Positions 35,718 to 45,486 of a stretch of 64,000 bases of DNA are shown here, piece by piece. Positions within the stretch are counted from its first letter, which is position 1. Each line of letters opens with the position of its first letter. A program made the position numbers and the translations under genes. The DNA lies in the sequence record NC_031107.2. One strand, 5' to 3'. Under the pieces are notes generated by a model that was given only the letters and a program-made list of their open reading frames with translations, searched no databases and had not been told where the DNA came from.

Positions 35718-36980
35718 GTGACTACTGCTTATCAAGTGCGGGCCGACAGCGCTTTTGGCTTCTCTCGAGACACCCGTACCTGGGGAGCCATCGATGTCAC
35801 ACAGCCCTTAAAAACTTTGTGCAGCGCCTACCAGTTCTTTGAAGTTGGCCTCACCGCACTCGACAAAGATTACACTTTTTTCAGTCAGTACCATTTGGCT
35901 GACTTACAAAACCGTAGCGATACGCTGCAAGACTGGCTGAACACCAAAGCCGGTACGGTTATCCCAACGCTGAAAGACGGTTTACCGGCGCTGGAGTTTG
36001 TCCATGCGCATTACCAGTCTATTAATGCGGACGACGGCGTGGAAACCCATCTGTGCCCACCGGGCTATCACTACACGCAAGACTTCTCGTTAGATGACGC
36101 GCATGATGTGGTAATCCTGGCTGACGATAAATGGAAGGACAAATACCGTAACTCGGTACTGTACAACATTAACGGTCAGTGGGTGCCGCATCAAAACGAT
36201 GCAGTCGGTGTGCGTTTAAACGGCGCAGGGAACATCGTACGGCGTGCAGGCACACCAGACATAGGTTGCCTTGTGTTTCACGACATCGGGGCCGTGAAGA
36301 CCTATCCCATTGCGAATTTGACGCTGAACAAGCTCGATACCACCCGCGACTATTATTCCACGCTGTTATTGTCGCTACCGGATTCGATTACTGGGAAAAC
36401 GGTTGGGTTTGTTATCGGGGGGATTTTGCATTGGTTGCCACCACAGGGGTATTTCAGTGACAAAGCGATTATGCTGTCATTGCCTAACTTCGACGTGGCG
36501 AGAACGGTGCTGGAAACCCGCAAGTATTACGACTGGGATGCCATTGGAGTTGGTGACTTAACCACGGCAACCAATGTACAGCGTATTCGTAACCCGGAAA
36601 CATTAAAGGCGTTGCTGAACCACGAATCGTCTTTTGTCTTCACTATCGACAACCCGTACATCGAACGGGAGAAAGTCGGGGTGAATCACAACACGGTCTG
36701 GGGACGCTTCTACCTGAAAGACCCGACAGACCCAGACGGAAAGAAACCACTGGGGATGCTGGTCAACCGTTTTGGGAAGACGGTAGCGTTCTGGCCGACG
36801 TGGGAGGAAGGCGAGTGGGTGTTTAACACCTCTGAGCTCGACCGGGCGAACTACGTGTTCACCAATGCCCGTTGGCAGAACCAGAACAAAATCAACGACG
36901 CTCAAGCCATTGTAGGCCCGCAAGGTGCCTGGCAGAAAGTGTACGTGGAAATGCACCGCTTCAAAGCACGAAAAAAATAA
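35718..36980 (+). CDS. Virion structural protein (420 aa)
   Basis: GTG after GAGGA; structural-block context; function not recognised from motifs. Confidence 0.6.
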   Translation: MTTAYQVRADSAFGFSRDTRTWGAIDVTQPLKTLCSAYQFFEVGLTALDKDYTFFSQYHLADLQNRSDTLQDWLNTKAGTVIPTLKDGLPALEFVHAHYQSINADDGVETHLCPPGYHYTQDFSLDDAHDVVILADDKWKDKYRNSVLYNINGQWVPHQNDAVGVRLNGAGNIVRRAGTPDIGCLVFHDIGAVKTYPIANLTLNKLDTTRDYYSTLLLSLPDSITGKTVGFVIGGILHWLPPQGYFSDKAIMLSLPNFDVARTVLETRKYYDWDAIGVGDLTTATNVQRIRNPETLKALLNHESSFVFTIDNPYIEREKVGVNHNTVWGRFYLKDPTDPDGKKPLGMLVNRFGKTVAFWPTWEEGEWVFNTSELDRANYVFTNARWQNQNKINDAQAIVGPQGAWQKVYVEMHRFKARKK

Positions 36981-36985
36981 GGATA

Positions 36986-37027
36986 CTCCTACTCCCTTCG
37001 GGGAGTAGGAGACCTGCTTTTTTTTTT
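36986..37027 (+). terminator. Intrinsic terminator between convergent genes
   Basis: CTCCTACTCCC-TTCG-GGGAGTAGGAG, T10 tract. Confidence 0.8.
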
Positions 37028-37030
37028 CGC

Positions 37031-37246
37031 TTACTCTGCTTTGTAAACGATGGCGCTGCCGTGCTGCTGGTTGTTACCAGAGATGCCGATCACTTTGAAC
37101 GCGTCGCCGCCTGCTTTCTCTGCTTCTGCAGCCAGCTTAGCTGTAACGTCATCAACGGTGCTACCGGTAGCAGTCACGTTTCCGATTTTCTTGTAGTTCG
37201 CAGGAACTTCTTCATTGCTTGCGATTTCTTTGATGCTCATTTCCAT
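37031..37246 (-). CDS. DUF1471 (YdgH/BhsA/McbA-like) protein without signal peptide (71 aa)
   Basis: KIG.VTATGST.DD...KLA..AEK.GG.AFKVI.ISGNN..HGSA.VYK matches the family pattern. Confidence 0.8.
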   Translation of the reverse strand: MEMSIKEIASNEEVPANYKKIGNVTATGSTVDDVTAKLAAEAEKAGGDAFKVIGISGNNQQHGSAIVYKAE

Positions 37247-37321
37247 ATCTCCATAGCAGTGGAAGTAAAAAGACCCTATGTCTGTTTACGGTACATCTGT
37301 GCATACTATCAAGCACATAAT

Positions 37322-37360
37322 GTAAAAAAGAATACCCTCCTACCCGAAGGTAAGAGGGTT
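37322..37360 (-). terminator. Terminator after the spike gene
   Basis: ACCCTC.TACC-CGAA-GGTA.GAGGGT stem followed on the - strand by ATTCTTTTTT. Confidence 0.6.
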
Positions 37361-37473
37361 CTTCGCAACATCTTTTTTTGCTGAAAAAAGTGGCAACGCT
37401 TAACAAACGAGGGTTTGACCTCGAGAGTGAGGCATTAGGGAGTATGTTGCTATACTCATGGTCGCTGTTGTAA

Positions 37474-38400
37474 TTAATGCGGGGTGGAGACGTCTTTGCC
37501 ATCGCCTTGTTCGGTGTGAACGTGTTTCGTGAAGGTGATGTTCGCAATAATCGCTTCGCTGACCGTGAAGGTACCAACGCCCACACCCTTTCCGCCGTAT
37601 TTGAAATCTTGCGATACTTCGAAGTTGCCGTCGAATTTCGAAGTCGGGGAAGTGGTGAGCCAATCCTTGGTGGTGAACTTAATCGAGGCAGAAGCATTGG
37701 TGATACGCTTCGACACTTTTTCGTTCAGGGTTTCGGTTTCCAGATTAATTGACTTTTTGGCATACAAGAACATGTCCTCTTTGTTGATGTTGACTTTGGA
37801 GAGCATGGCGTTCTCAAAGCCTAAATCATCTTCTACCGAGTTCAGGTAATACTTGTTGCCTTTCTGGTCAACGCACTGCCACGTCCCATTCGCATTATCG
37901 AACTGGAACAGGAATGCGGCTTTCTCACCGTTAAGCATCGTGGTACGCAACGTGATGTGTTTGTCAATACTCGAGATGTTCAACACATACGCATTTGACA
38001 AATCATCAGCCATCTGATTTTCAGGGTCAGCGGCCCACGCATACACGGCATCTTCCAACCGCTTGACGTTGGCCATGTTCAGGTCAATCCAGAAATAGAT
38101 ATCCGTCTTACCCAAACGCAGGATGATGACGTAATCTTCTTTCTGCACATCCGGGGGATTGACGCGGTTAGAGTTGAACTTCCACCACTTCGCGGTAATC
38201 GCATTACCGGTTGTGACTTGCAGGTTGTCCATCGCGTTATCGGATGCGTGTTGTTTCTCATTCGCTGACTCAATGGATTGTACCTGAGTCGGGTTTACAA
38301 AATTCGTTTCGATAGGGATTATCTTGCATCGTTCAGCACCACGGGCTTTATCTTCCGCGACAATGCCAATCGAGAAGAAATCCACGCCGGACTTTTCCAT
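37474..38400 (-). CDS. Baseplate central spike protein (gpV/gp138-like, 308 aa)
   Basis: OB-fold-like N-terminus, beta-helix-like repeats, C-terminal HVH metal-binding apex motif (KHVHTEQGDG..VSTP). Confidence 0.72.
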   Translation of the reverse strand: MEKSGVDFFSIGIVAEDKARGAERCKIIPIETNFVNPTQVQSIESANEKQHASDNAMDNLQVTTGNAITAKWWKFNSNRVNPPDVQKEDYVIILRLGKTDIYFWIDLNMANVKRLEDAVYAWAADPENQMADDLSNAYVLNISSIDKHITLRTTMLNGEKAAFLFQFDNANGTWQCVDQKGNKYYLNSVEDDLGFENAMLSKVNINKEDMFLYAKKSINLETETLNEKVSKRITNASASIKFTTKDWLTTSPTSKFDGNFEVSQDFKYGGKGVGVGTFTVSEAIIANITFTKHVHTEQGDGKDVSTPH

Positions 38401-38576
38401 GCTGCGCTCCTCTTTGTCATACTATCTTCTTTTTTACGTTTCGATTTATTCGTTTGCTAGGGAGGTATACCTGGGGGACCGGGGGGATCTATTAGCGGAG
38501 GTGACAACGGTCACCGACATCCTTATTCCGAGGAACGTAGTGACGTCCTCATTCGCTTTTACCAAGGAAATTAGCC

Positions 38577-38894
38577 ATGGCCTTATTTGAAGTTGTCAGT
38601 AACCATTTAAATCGTCAGGAAAGTGACGCGGCGGTAGCGGCTATTAAAACCGCGGCGGCGGGTAAATTGGACGGGGTGTTGGCCGACCGTCAACGTATCC
38701 GGGTTTACAAGGTCGGGGAAGTCGACCAATTTTATCACGACCTCGAGAGCCGGGTGGTGAGCTGTGCTATTATTGTCATACCTGATGGCACGTTTGACCA
38801 GTTCGAAAAAGGCACGCGCTATCTGAACATGGTTAATAATTACTCGACCCTGAACCTGCTTCTGGACGACGCGGTCGTCATTATCGCCAACTGA
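38577..38894 (+). CDS. Hypothetical protein (105 aa)
   Basis: ATG after AAGGA. Confidence 0.6.
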   Translation: MALFEVVSNHLNRQESDAAVAAIKTAAAGKLDGVLADRQRIRVYKVGEVDQFYHDLESRVVSCAIIVIPDGTFDQFEKGTRYLNMVNNYSTLNLLLDDAVVIIAN

Positions 38895-38901
38895 TTACAA
38901 G

Positions 38902-38930
38902 TTTTCACAGATATATATCATCCTAGTGAG
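38902..38930 (+). promoter_or_regulatory. Early-type phage promoter motif
   Basis: TTTTCACAGATATATATCAT; related motifs at 42028, 53196, 62023. Confidence 0.5.
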
Positions 38931-39012
38931 TGATGTTCCTTATCGCTTAAATACCGACTGTGCTTTAGCCACAGCTTTTCGGTCACTTAGTGTACTTTAC
39001 AGGAAACAAAGA

Positions 39013-39684
39013 ATGAAACGTGAAGAAATGATTGAAATGTCCGCAAAAGCTTTAATGATTCTGGTGCAAGACCCTCAGAAAGCCGAGGGCCGTGTAGTGG
39101 AACTACTGCAGCCACTGCTGGAAGATGCAGCCGATGCCTATTTGCAACCGGGACTGGTAGTGCAGTCCCGCACTGACTGGTCACCTGAAACGCTTTCTCC
39201 GGCGTTAGTTGACCACATCGACTGGCAACCGCCGACAGACCAGATGTTACGTATTCCACCCGTTTCACTGATCATGGTTCGTCTGCAAGAGCTGGCGGAC
39301 ATCAAACAGGTGCGTGTGGGGGTCAATACGTGGCTCGCTCCGGAAGGGATTGGCTATGGGCCGCAAGCGGTGTTTGTCATTTGGGTACAGGCAGACAACG
39401 GTCCGGTTCACTCGCTGCACATTCGTGGCGAAACCTTCCCGCGGGGTTTACCGCAACATACCAAGCAATACATTCCGGATGTTGACAGCCGCTCTATTAA
39501 CGAACCCTGCTATCTGATGTCAGCGAAAGATGTGCGGAACATCTTCGGTGGTCACTACCCGGAATACTGGGAGTTTGAAAAGCTTAAAAAGATGGCCGAA
39601 GGGTTGGGCTGGTATGAGGTTGAGCAGTACGGTAACCAGATTCTGTTCCGTGCCAAACTTGCTATCCGTAAAGAGGTGGCATAA
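39013..39684 (+). CDS. Hypothetical protein (223 aa)
   Basis: ATG 39013 after AGGA (track GTG 38926 lies in the promoter motif). Confidence 0.65.
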   Translation: MKREEMIEMSAKALMILVQDPQKAEGRVVELLQPLLEDAADAYLQPGLVVQSRTDWSPETLSPALVDHIDWQPPTDQMLRIPPVSLIMVRLQELADIKQVRVGVNTWLAPEGIGYGPQAVFVIWVQADNGPVHSLHIRGETFPRGLPQHTKQYIPDVDSRSINEPCYLMSAKDVRNIFGGHYPEYWEFEKLKKMAEGLGWYEVEQYGNQILFRAKLAIRKEVA

Positions 39685-40265
39685 TGGCTAAGGTTATCAT
39701 CGAACAGCGTGAAATGGATTTCAAAGAGCTGAAAGAACGTTACGGCGTGAAGGCTCCACGGGTGGTTGAAGTCTGCGAGAAGTATCAGGACGCGGAACTG
39801 ATGGTGTTCCAGCAGGACAAGCTCCCATTGATGGTGTTTGTGAAAACGAACATCGAAGAAGGGGCGATGAAGATGTGCTGCTTAACCAACGTCACCTCCA
39901 GTACGCTGGAAGTCGATGTCAGTTTACTGCGCCGTTACAAAGATGCGTACCTGAAAAAGGTCAATCTCGTGACCTTCGACTTTGCGCGCTCGATTATGGT
40001 GAACGGCTGCCGTCCGGCGATTCAACGTTTCACGCAGTTGGATGAGGACGAGCGCCCGGTTGAGCGTTTCCAACCTTTCACCATTACGCAAGACACGTAT
40101 GTACAGAAAGGTGGGATAGATTGGCTGGACAGTGTGTTGCCGTCGGTGACCCGCGGGCAGGAGATTCATCTGGTCTGCTATAACCCGGCTATTGAACACA
40201 CCATCTCTCGCCATCTGGTTGAGCAGCATGGCTATCAGCAACACCGCGCCGTCTATATCCCGTAA
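39684..40265 (+). CDS. Hypothetical protein (193 aa)
   Basis: TAATG coupling, GAGG RBS. Confidence 0.7.
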   Translation: MAKVIIEQREMDFKELKERYGVKAPRVVEVCEKYQDAELMVFQQDKLPLMVFVKTNIEEGAMKMCCLTNVTSSTLEVDVSLLRRYKDAYLKKVNLVTFDFARSIMVNGCRPAIQRFTQLDEDERPVERFQPFTITQDTYVQKGGIDWLDSVLPSVTRGQEIHLVCYNPAIEHTISRHLVEQHGYQQHRAVYIP

Positions 40266-40274
40266 GGAACCGCT

Positions 40275-40838
40275 ATGTTACGTTTAATTGAAATTCGTAA
40301 AGACGTCTGGCTGGAATCCCTGAAAGCGGAAGACGGCCTCGAGTCAATCACTGAAGACTTACCTGAACAGAACGATGTGATGGTGGTGCTGTTGTGGTCG
40401 AAAGAAGAACGCTTACCGCGCGGTATCTTCTATCGTATCAACGATGGCCTGTTGCCGGTGCTGGTTGAAGTCTCTCTCGGGGTAAGTGAAGTTGACCCCG
40501 CGCTGTTCAAAGACTATGCCCGCCGTAAAACCCCCCACGGTAAATTGAAAGTCATCCTTGAAAGTGAAACCCGGATGGCCAACATGGAGCCGAACGTGAT
40601 CTCGCTACACAACCCGAACGTTGACATGAACGTCGAGCGGGAAGGTCACATCACCATCAGTAGTAACGTGCTGGAGCCGGTGTTGGAATTGTTGGAGGAG
40701 GTGATCGATGCGGTCAACCCTCCGTTGATTTATGTTAAGAACCCTAACGGGTTAGATTTACAAGCTTTGTTAGATTACGTTGATGCCCAAACCGAATATG
40801 TACTCAACATGAAAGAGTACATCCTTAAAGGAGAATGA
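40275..40838 (+). CDS. Hypothetical protein (187 aa)
   Basis: AAGGA RBS. Confidence 0.7.
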   Translation: MLRLIEIRKDVWLESLKAEDGLESITEDLPEQNDVMVVLLWSKEERLPRGIFYRINDGLLPVLVEVSLGVSEVDPALFKDYARRKTPHGKLKVILESETRMANMEPNVISLHNPNVDMNVEREGHITISSNVLEPVLELLEEVIDAVNPPLIYVKNPNGLDLQALLDYVDAQTEYVLNMKEYILKGE

Positions 40839-41371
40839 GAATGCAATACGAAGGCTATGTTGTTACCCCGCAACCTTTTGTTGACACTAACCTGATGTTG
40901 TCTCAGGTTATCTACGCTGACAAAGACACCGCAATCGAAATTGCGCGTGGCCGTCAAACCGGCCAGCACATCAGTAAAGTCAATGTGACTATCAGTAACC
41001 TGTTCACGAACGACAGCGCTGACCCGTTCGTGGATATTGGTGACTTCCGCGATATCCTCTCTCCGCATCAGTTCCAAGCGGTGGCTGCAGGCTTGCAGGT
41101 TGAGCTGGCAGAAACCAACGAGTGGGAGCGTGTGCAGGAACGTCATCCGGGACTGGGCGTCATGGAAGTGCTCCATCAGTTCCCGAAAGAGTTCGACAAA
41201 CTGCCGGTGTGGGCAGAAGAAGCCTACAACACCACCACAATTCACGAAATGCTGGTGATGAACAACTACGACGGTGCGCTGCACGCAGTGCATGGCCCGT
41301 ATCCCGGCGCAATCGCGTATCACACGTTCCACCCTGCACGCATCAACTTTATTGAGAAAGTTGAGCTGTAA
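40835..41371 (+). CDS. Hypothetical protein (178 aa)
   Basis: ATGA overlap, AAGGAG RBS. Confidence 0.7.
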   Translation: MRMQYEGYVVTPQPFVDTNLMLSQVIYADKDTAIEIARGRQTGQHISKVNVTISNLFTNDSADPFVDIGDFRDILSPHQFQAVAAGLQVELAETNEWERVQERHPGLGVMEVLHQFPKEFDKLPVWAEEAYNTTTIHEMLVMNNYDGALHAVHGPYPGAIAYHTFHPARINFIEKVEL

Positions 41372-41379
41372 GTTATACC

Positions 41380-41416
41380 GACAAGGGCCTTCGGGTCCTT
41401 GTCTTTCTCTTTTTTT
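41380..41416 (+). terminator. Intrinsic terminator
   Basis: GACAAGGGCC-TTCG-GGTCCTTGTC + T-rich tail. Confidence 0.8.
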
Positions 41417-41450
41417 ACACTTAAGTTAAATTATTGTAGGAGCATCGAAA

Positions 41451-42023
41451 ATGTTACAACTTCAGCTGCACGAGAATATCACCCAATTAAAGAACTGGGC
41501 GAAAGGCGATCACCTGCCGAAAGGGGCAACGTTATCCAGCGTGTCTATCCTGTTTAACGACCCGACGAACCGCGTGCTTACGCTGAATGACCCGGCCACC
41601 AATTTGCCGTTGGGGATTTTTGTCGACGAAGCGCAGGGTCTGCTGCACACCATCCGTCCGGTTTACTGGAGCGATGAGCTGCAAGGCGAGATTAAACTCG
41701 AGGTCTTCAAAGAGTACAGCAAAGATCGCTGCTATTTAGAAGCCTTTCTGCTCCTCCCGCCGGGGTTGGTCAAGAGCGTGTACGGGCGTATTCGTTTCCG
41801 CATCTGGGTACCGGAGAAAGCCCGTCTGGGCCTGAAACTCACCCCACTCAATCTCTACATCGATGGGATGTGGAAAATGAAACTGGATTTGGTCGAAGGG
41901 CATCCGGATTTAAACATGATGCTGATTCGCACCTACGGCTTTGCTGGCACCGAATACAATATGGTGTCGGCTCGCTTAAAGAAACTGGGCTTTAAACGTA
42001 CCGCAACCGCATTCGTAATATAA
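41451..42023 (+). CDS. Hypothetical protein (190 aa)
   Basis: TAGGAG RBS. Confidence 0.7.
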   Translation: MLQLQLHENITQLKNWAKGDHLPKGATLSSVSILFNDPTNRVLTLNDPATNLPLGIFVDEAQGLLHTIRPVYWSDELQGEIKLEVFKEYSKDRCYLEAFLLLPPGLVKSVYGRIRFRIWVPEKARLGLKLTPLNLYIDGMWKMKLDLVEGHPDLNMMLIRTYGFAGTEYNMVSARLKKLGFKRTATAFVI

Positions 42024-42027
42024 ATCA

Positions 42028-42053
42028 TTTCAGATATATATTACTTAGGTGAG
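42028..42053 (+). promoter_or_regulatory. Early promoter motif containing TATATTAC
   Basis: Exact TATATTAC at 42037-42044, the reported phiKZ early consensus. Confidence 0.55.
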
Positions 42054-42153
42054 CATTGAATGTCTCAATGCTTTTATAACCCGGCAATCGCCTGTACTTA
42101 CCCCTGTCCCAAATACGTTGGACAGCCAGTGTGGATTGCCAAAGGAGAATACC

Positions 42154-43440
42154 ATGGTTTGGAATACAGATATTTTTGTTAAAGAGTTAGAACTTCCCGG
42201 TTTTAAATTGATCGTGGAAAGTTGCAACATCCCCACACAAACCGATGGGGTAGTATCCACCTTCCAGAAACGTCAGAAGTTTATCGACGGCCTGGCCAGC
42301 TGGGTAGGAATGAAAAATCTTCAGGTGCAGGAGATCGCCTGGGAAGTAGCAGACATGCAGTTTGGGGTTACTGTTCGCACACAGAACGAGCACCCTGAAC
42401 TGAAGAAGGAAGTAGTGACGTTTAGTAACGAGCAAATTGCTTACATGCTGACGCACGGCACGTTTGCGGAATTCGCCTACGACAAGTATTTCTGGGTGCC
42501 GGGCGATAAGATGCCTATGGCCGAAGATAAAATGGCTTTAGGCGATACGCTGTCAACAATAAAGGATACACCCAAAGCGGCACCGTTCCCTAAAGACCTG
42601 ATGAACGCTATTGAAGGTATCCGTCCGCCGAGCGTAGAAGAACGTGCAGTACGTGACTTCAATGTCCCAACACCGCGCGAGCAAATTCTGCGTTCAGCAA
42701 AAACGTATCTGCGACATGTCACCCGTTACTTTAGTGGTGAGGTCGAGAATCTGCGCTACAAGTGGATTGACCTCAAAGAGTATCCGAAAACCGATACTCA
42801 GCCGCTGGAACGTGTACCCTGCACGCTGGAAGAAGCCACGCACATTGTGGTAGGTGTGGAAATTCCGGGTCATTGCTACGAGTTCCTCATCGCCATTTCG
42901 GATATGGTGGCAGCTTCGCGTTTCCATCAGATTAACTCAGCTGATCCGGCGTATCCCTTCTGGTTACCTGCCCCGCAAGAATGGGCAACGACCGAGGTTA
43001 AAGAGGAAGAGGGGCTTCGTGACCTGTTTGTTGAATCCATCGACGCAATGGACGACAAAGAAAGTCTCGATGCGGAGTTTAACACCTTCCAGCAAAACCT
43101 CTCGCAGCTTATGTTCGCGACACTGACTCGTGCAAACGATGCGAAGTTGCCGACACGCAACGATGGTTTTCTCCCGCTGCGGGCAGTGGCTGGATTACTG
43201 GAAGACTTCCAGAAATGGCTGGATAACTACTTTAGTGATCTGATTCGTTACAACAAAGGTGACTGGGAACGTGATATCCGCATCATTGATAGCACGACCC
43301 TCTCCTTGACAGTGACTGAACGTAAATCATTTAAGCGGTATGTTTTAGTTTACAGCTTTGATGATTTCTTCAAAGATCACATTGCCGCAGGGTTGGATTG
43401 GCACCCTGAAGCGCGCACTTTCTGGCGCTTACCAAGCTAA
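42154..43440 (+). CDS. Hypothetical protein (428 aa)
   Basis: ATG 42154 after AAGGAG (track start moved). Confidence 0.7.
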   Translation: MVWNTDIFVKELELPGFKLIVESCNIPTQTDGVVSTFQKRQKFIDGLASWVGMKNLQVQEIAWEVADMQFGVTVRTQNEHPELKKEVVTFSNEQIAYMLTHGTFAEFAYDKYFWVPGDKMPMAEDKMALGDTLSTIKDTPKAAPFPKDLMNAIEGIRPPSVEERAVRDFNVPTPREQILRSAKTYLRHVTRYFSGEVENLRYKWIDLKEYPKTDTQPLERVPCTLEEATHIVVGVEIPGHCYEFLIAISDMVAASRFHQINSADPAYPFWLPAPQEWATTEVKEEEGLRDLFVESIDAMDDKESLDAEFNTFQQNLSQLMFATLTRANDAKLPTRNDGFLPLRAVAGLLEDFQKWLDNYFSDLIRYNKGDWERDIRIIDSTTLSLTVTERKSFKRYVLVYSFDDFFKDHIAAGLDWHPEARTFWRLPS

Positions 43441-43444
43441 TTGT

Positions 43445-43470
43445 TAGGCGGCCTTCGGGTCGCCTATTTT
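43445..43470 (+). terminator. Intrinsic terminator
   Basis: TAGGCGGCC-TTCG-GGTCGCCTA-TTTT. Confidence 0.75.
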
Positions 43471-43494
43471 CTATTTATTTCACCGGGGACTATC

Positions 43495-43734
43495 ATGGAA
43501 CTTATCATCGCGGATCGTGTTGGTAAGACTGTGGATCGCTACAGAGTTATTTATTGTAGCCAAGAGCTGGATGATGTGATGCACTTTGTCGCCTATCCAG
43601 ACGGGTATGTATTGCCCATTAGTCGTGAAGTAAGGGACTGTAGAATCCCGCTCACTACGACTATCCTCGCAACACACCTGACCACATTCGAAACAAAACG
43701 TTTTGATGTGGCGCATTATAAACTTGTTAACTAA
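43495..43734 (+). CDS. Hypothetical protein (79 aa)
   Basis: ATG after GGGGA. Confidence 0.55.
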   Translation: MELIIADRVGKTVDRYRVIYCSQELDDVMHFVAYPDGYVLPISREVRDCRIPLTTTILATHLTTFETKRFDVAHYKLVN

Positions 43735-43753
43735 TTCGACTATTGAGAAGAAT

Positions 43754-44188
43754 ATGAAAATCAAAACTTTCCTGAAAGTGGTTATTGCTGTTTGCATTAT
43801 TGGTGTTGCGGCGACGTACATCTATCCTGAGAAAGCGTTGGCAGATTCTATACCTGCTGACGAAGCATCGATGCTGAATCCGGACGAAGAACCGGTACTG
43901 CTTCGAAAGGTAGAGACGCTTAACATCTATAAGCTCATGGCAGCAGGTAAGTGTACGGGATTGGTCATTGAAGACGCAGATAAACGCCGCGGACATAAAG
44001 TCTATCAGCGGCTATACGACATCAGCTGTACCCAACCGGATATTACCTCCGTGAGCGTACAGCCTCTCGAGCTGCCCAATCTCGTCGCCATTGATTTCTT
44101 CCACAATGCGACCATGGTTGGGAGAGTAACTCTCAATCGTGGAGATATCAAAGATGAGATCAATTCGCATAAGCAAGTACGCCGTTAA
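43754..44188 (+). CDS. Secreted or membrane-anchored protein (144 aa)
   Basis: MKIKTFLKVVIAVCIIGVAA hydrophobic N-terminus; two Cys in the mature part. Confidence 0.65.
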   Translation: MKIKTFLKVVIAVCIIGVAATYIYPEKALADSIPADEASMLNPDEEPVLLRKVETLNIYKLMAAGKCTGLVIEDADKRRGHKVYQRLYDISCTQPDITSVSVQPLELPNLVAIDFFHNATMVGRVTLNRGDIKDEINSHKQVRR

Positions 44189-44639
44189 AGTTATACTGTT
44201 TACGTTGTTCCTGATGGGTGTGGTTGCCTGTGCCCGTCAGGCCAACGCGAACGTTGAAAATGGGTGGTCAGGGAGTGTCTCTGGCGGTATCCCGGCCATC
44301 ACCAAAGAGTCCAGCACGGGTAAACCATTCTGGTGTAACCAGTATGGTTTGCTCCACAAAACATGTCGCGTTGTCGACATTTCGCCTAGCAAGCGAATTG
44401 CAATCGTGAACCAACCTCGTCCAGATGCCAATTGTCCGAAAGGAGTCTGGGGGATTGTCGACCGATTGTCTGGTGTCGCCATGACGCTTTATCCGAGTGA
44501 TAAAGTCAGTTTTGCCGACTACTGTCGCGGTAACTTTAAAGTGGGGTTTGTTCAATCCCAAAATCCACAGTCCCTGGCTGATGTGGTCATGTATTTCAAT
44601 AACAAGCCAGTGGAATCGTTACAATACGTTACGGAGTAG
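44154..44639 (+). CDS. Secreted Cys-paired protein, paralogue 1 (161 aa)
   Basis: Signal peptide ending ANA; FWC..C.VV.IS..CP..WG.VD..C. Confidence 0.65.
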   Translation: MRSIRISKYAVKVILFTLFLMGVVACARQANANVENGWSGSVSGGIPAITKESSTGKPFWCNQYGLLHKTCRVVDISPSKRIAIVNQPRPDANCPKGVWGIVDRLSGVAMTLYPSDKVSFADYCRGNFKVGFVQSQNPQSLADVVMYFNNKPVESLQYVTE

Positions 44640-44661
44640 TTTCCTACTTAAGGGTGTAATC

Positions 44662-45075
44662 ATGAAACATTTCATGCTTCCATTATTAATCGCTGCACTG
44701 GCAAGCTTCTTTGCTAACGCTGCAGCACCGACGGTTGAATTGCCAAGGCAGGTTACCGACGTGTCGGACGGTTCGTTGTTCTGGTGCCAGAATAGCGATA
44801 TTGCGGATAAGTCGTGTAGTGTTGTCACTATCTCTGATAACGCCCGCTATGCGTTGGTGAAGATACTCGGTGGTACGGGGTGTCCTGACCCGCAGTACGG
44901 GGTTATCAACCTTACTAACGGTAAGGCAAAGATAATGATGTATAACGACAATCAAACGTGTCACGGTGAAGCGGTAGCCGACTTTGCTCGCTCTCCCGAG
45001 GACAACACGTTGACCGTCATCTTGTATGACCCAACGAATCGTAAGAACGTTGGGGTTAATCCAATTAATTATTAA
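44662..45075 (+). CDS. Secreted Cys-paired protein, paralogue 2 (137 aa)
   Basis: MKHFMLPLLIAALASFFANA signal; FWC..C.VV.IS..GCP..YGVIN..C. Confidence 0.7.
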   Translation: MKHFMLPLLIAALASFFANAAAPTVELPRQVTDVSDGSLFWCQNSDIADKSCSVVTISDNARYALVKILGGTGCPDPQYGVINLTNGKAKIMMYNDNQTCHGEAVADFARSPEDNTLTVILYDPTNRKNVGVNPINY

Positions 45076-45087
45076 AGGACTTTTACC

Positions 45088-45486
45088 ATGCGTGGAGTTG
45101 TTGGTTGTATCCTGTTCGTTATTGCGTTCGCGGTGTCCACTGTCAGCGCGACTGCATCAACCTCAGTCAGTGATTTACTTCTTGCCGATACACCGTATAG
45201 CTATAATCCGCCGTCGTTCGAAGTGTGCACGACCCAGGCGGACGTGTGTAGCGAACTGGGACAACACGACCACTTCATTCTGGTGAAAGCCGACGGAGGT
45301 GCGTCATGCCCAGCCGGTTATTACTTCGTGTTAGATTCAGCAGCGAAAGAGATCATCCCAGTTGACACGGTAACCTGTGACCCGACACTTAAGGTCACGC
45401 TTGCCAAGAACACTAAAACGAAGAAGCACTTAGTCGTCGTAGAACAGCAAGGTAAGACGGTTGGCTCTGTGCCACTTGAAAACTAA
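45088..45486 (+). CDS. Secreted Cys-paired protein, paralogue 3 (132 aa)
   Basis: Signal peptide; C..C..GG.SCPAGYY.VLD..C. Confidence 0.7.
   Translation: MRGVVGCILFVIAFAVSTVSATASTSVSDLLLADTPYSYNPPSFEVCTTQADVCSELGQHDHFILVKADGGASCPAGYYFVLDSAAKEIIPVDTVTCDPTLKVTLAKNTKTKKHLVVVEQQGKTVGSVPLEN

Noticed and set aside
38461-38520. G-rich tract (GGGGGACCGGGGGG) with small palindromes in the divergent gap
   Set aside because: Too short and unique to support an origin or G-quadruplex claim.
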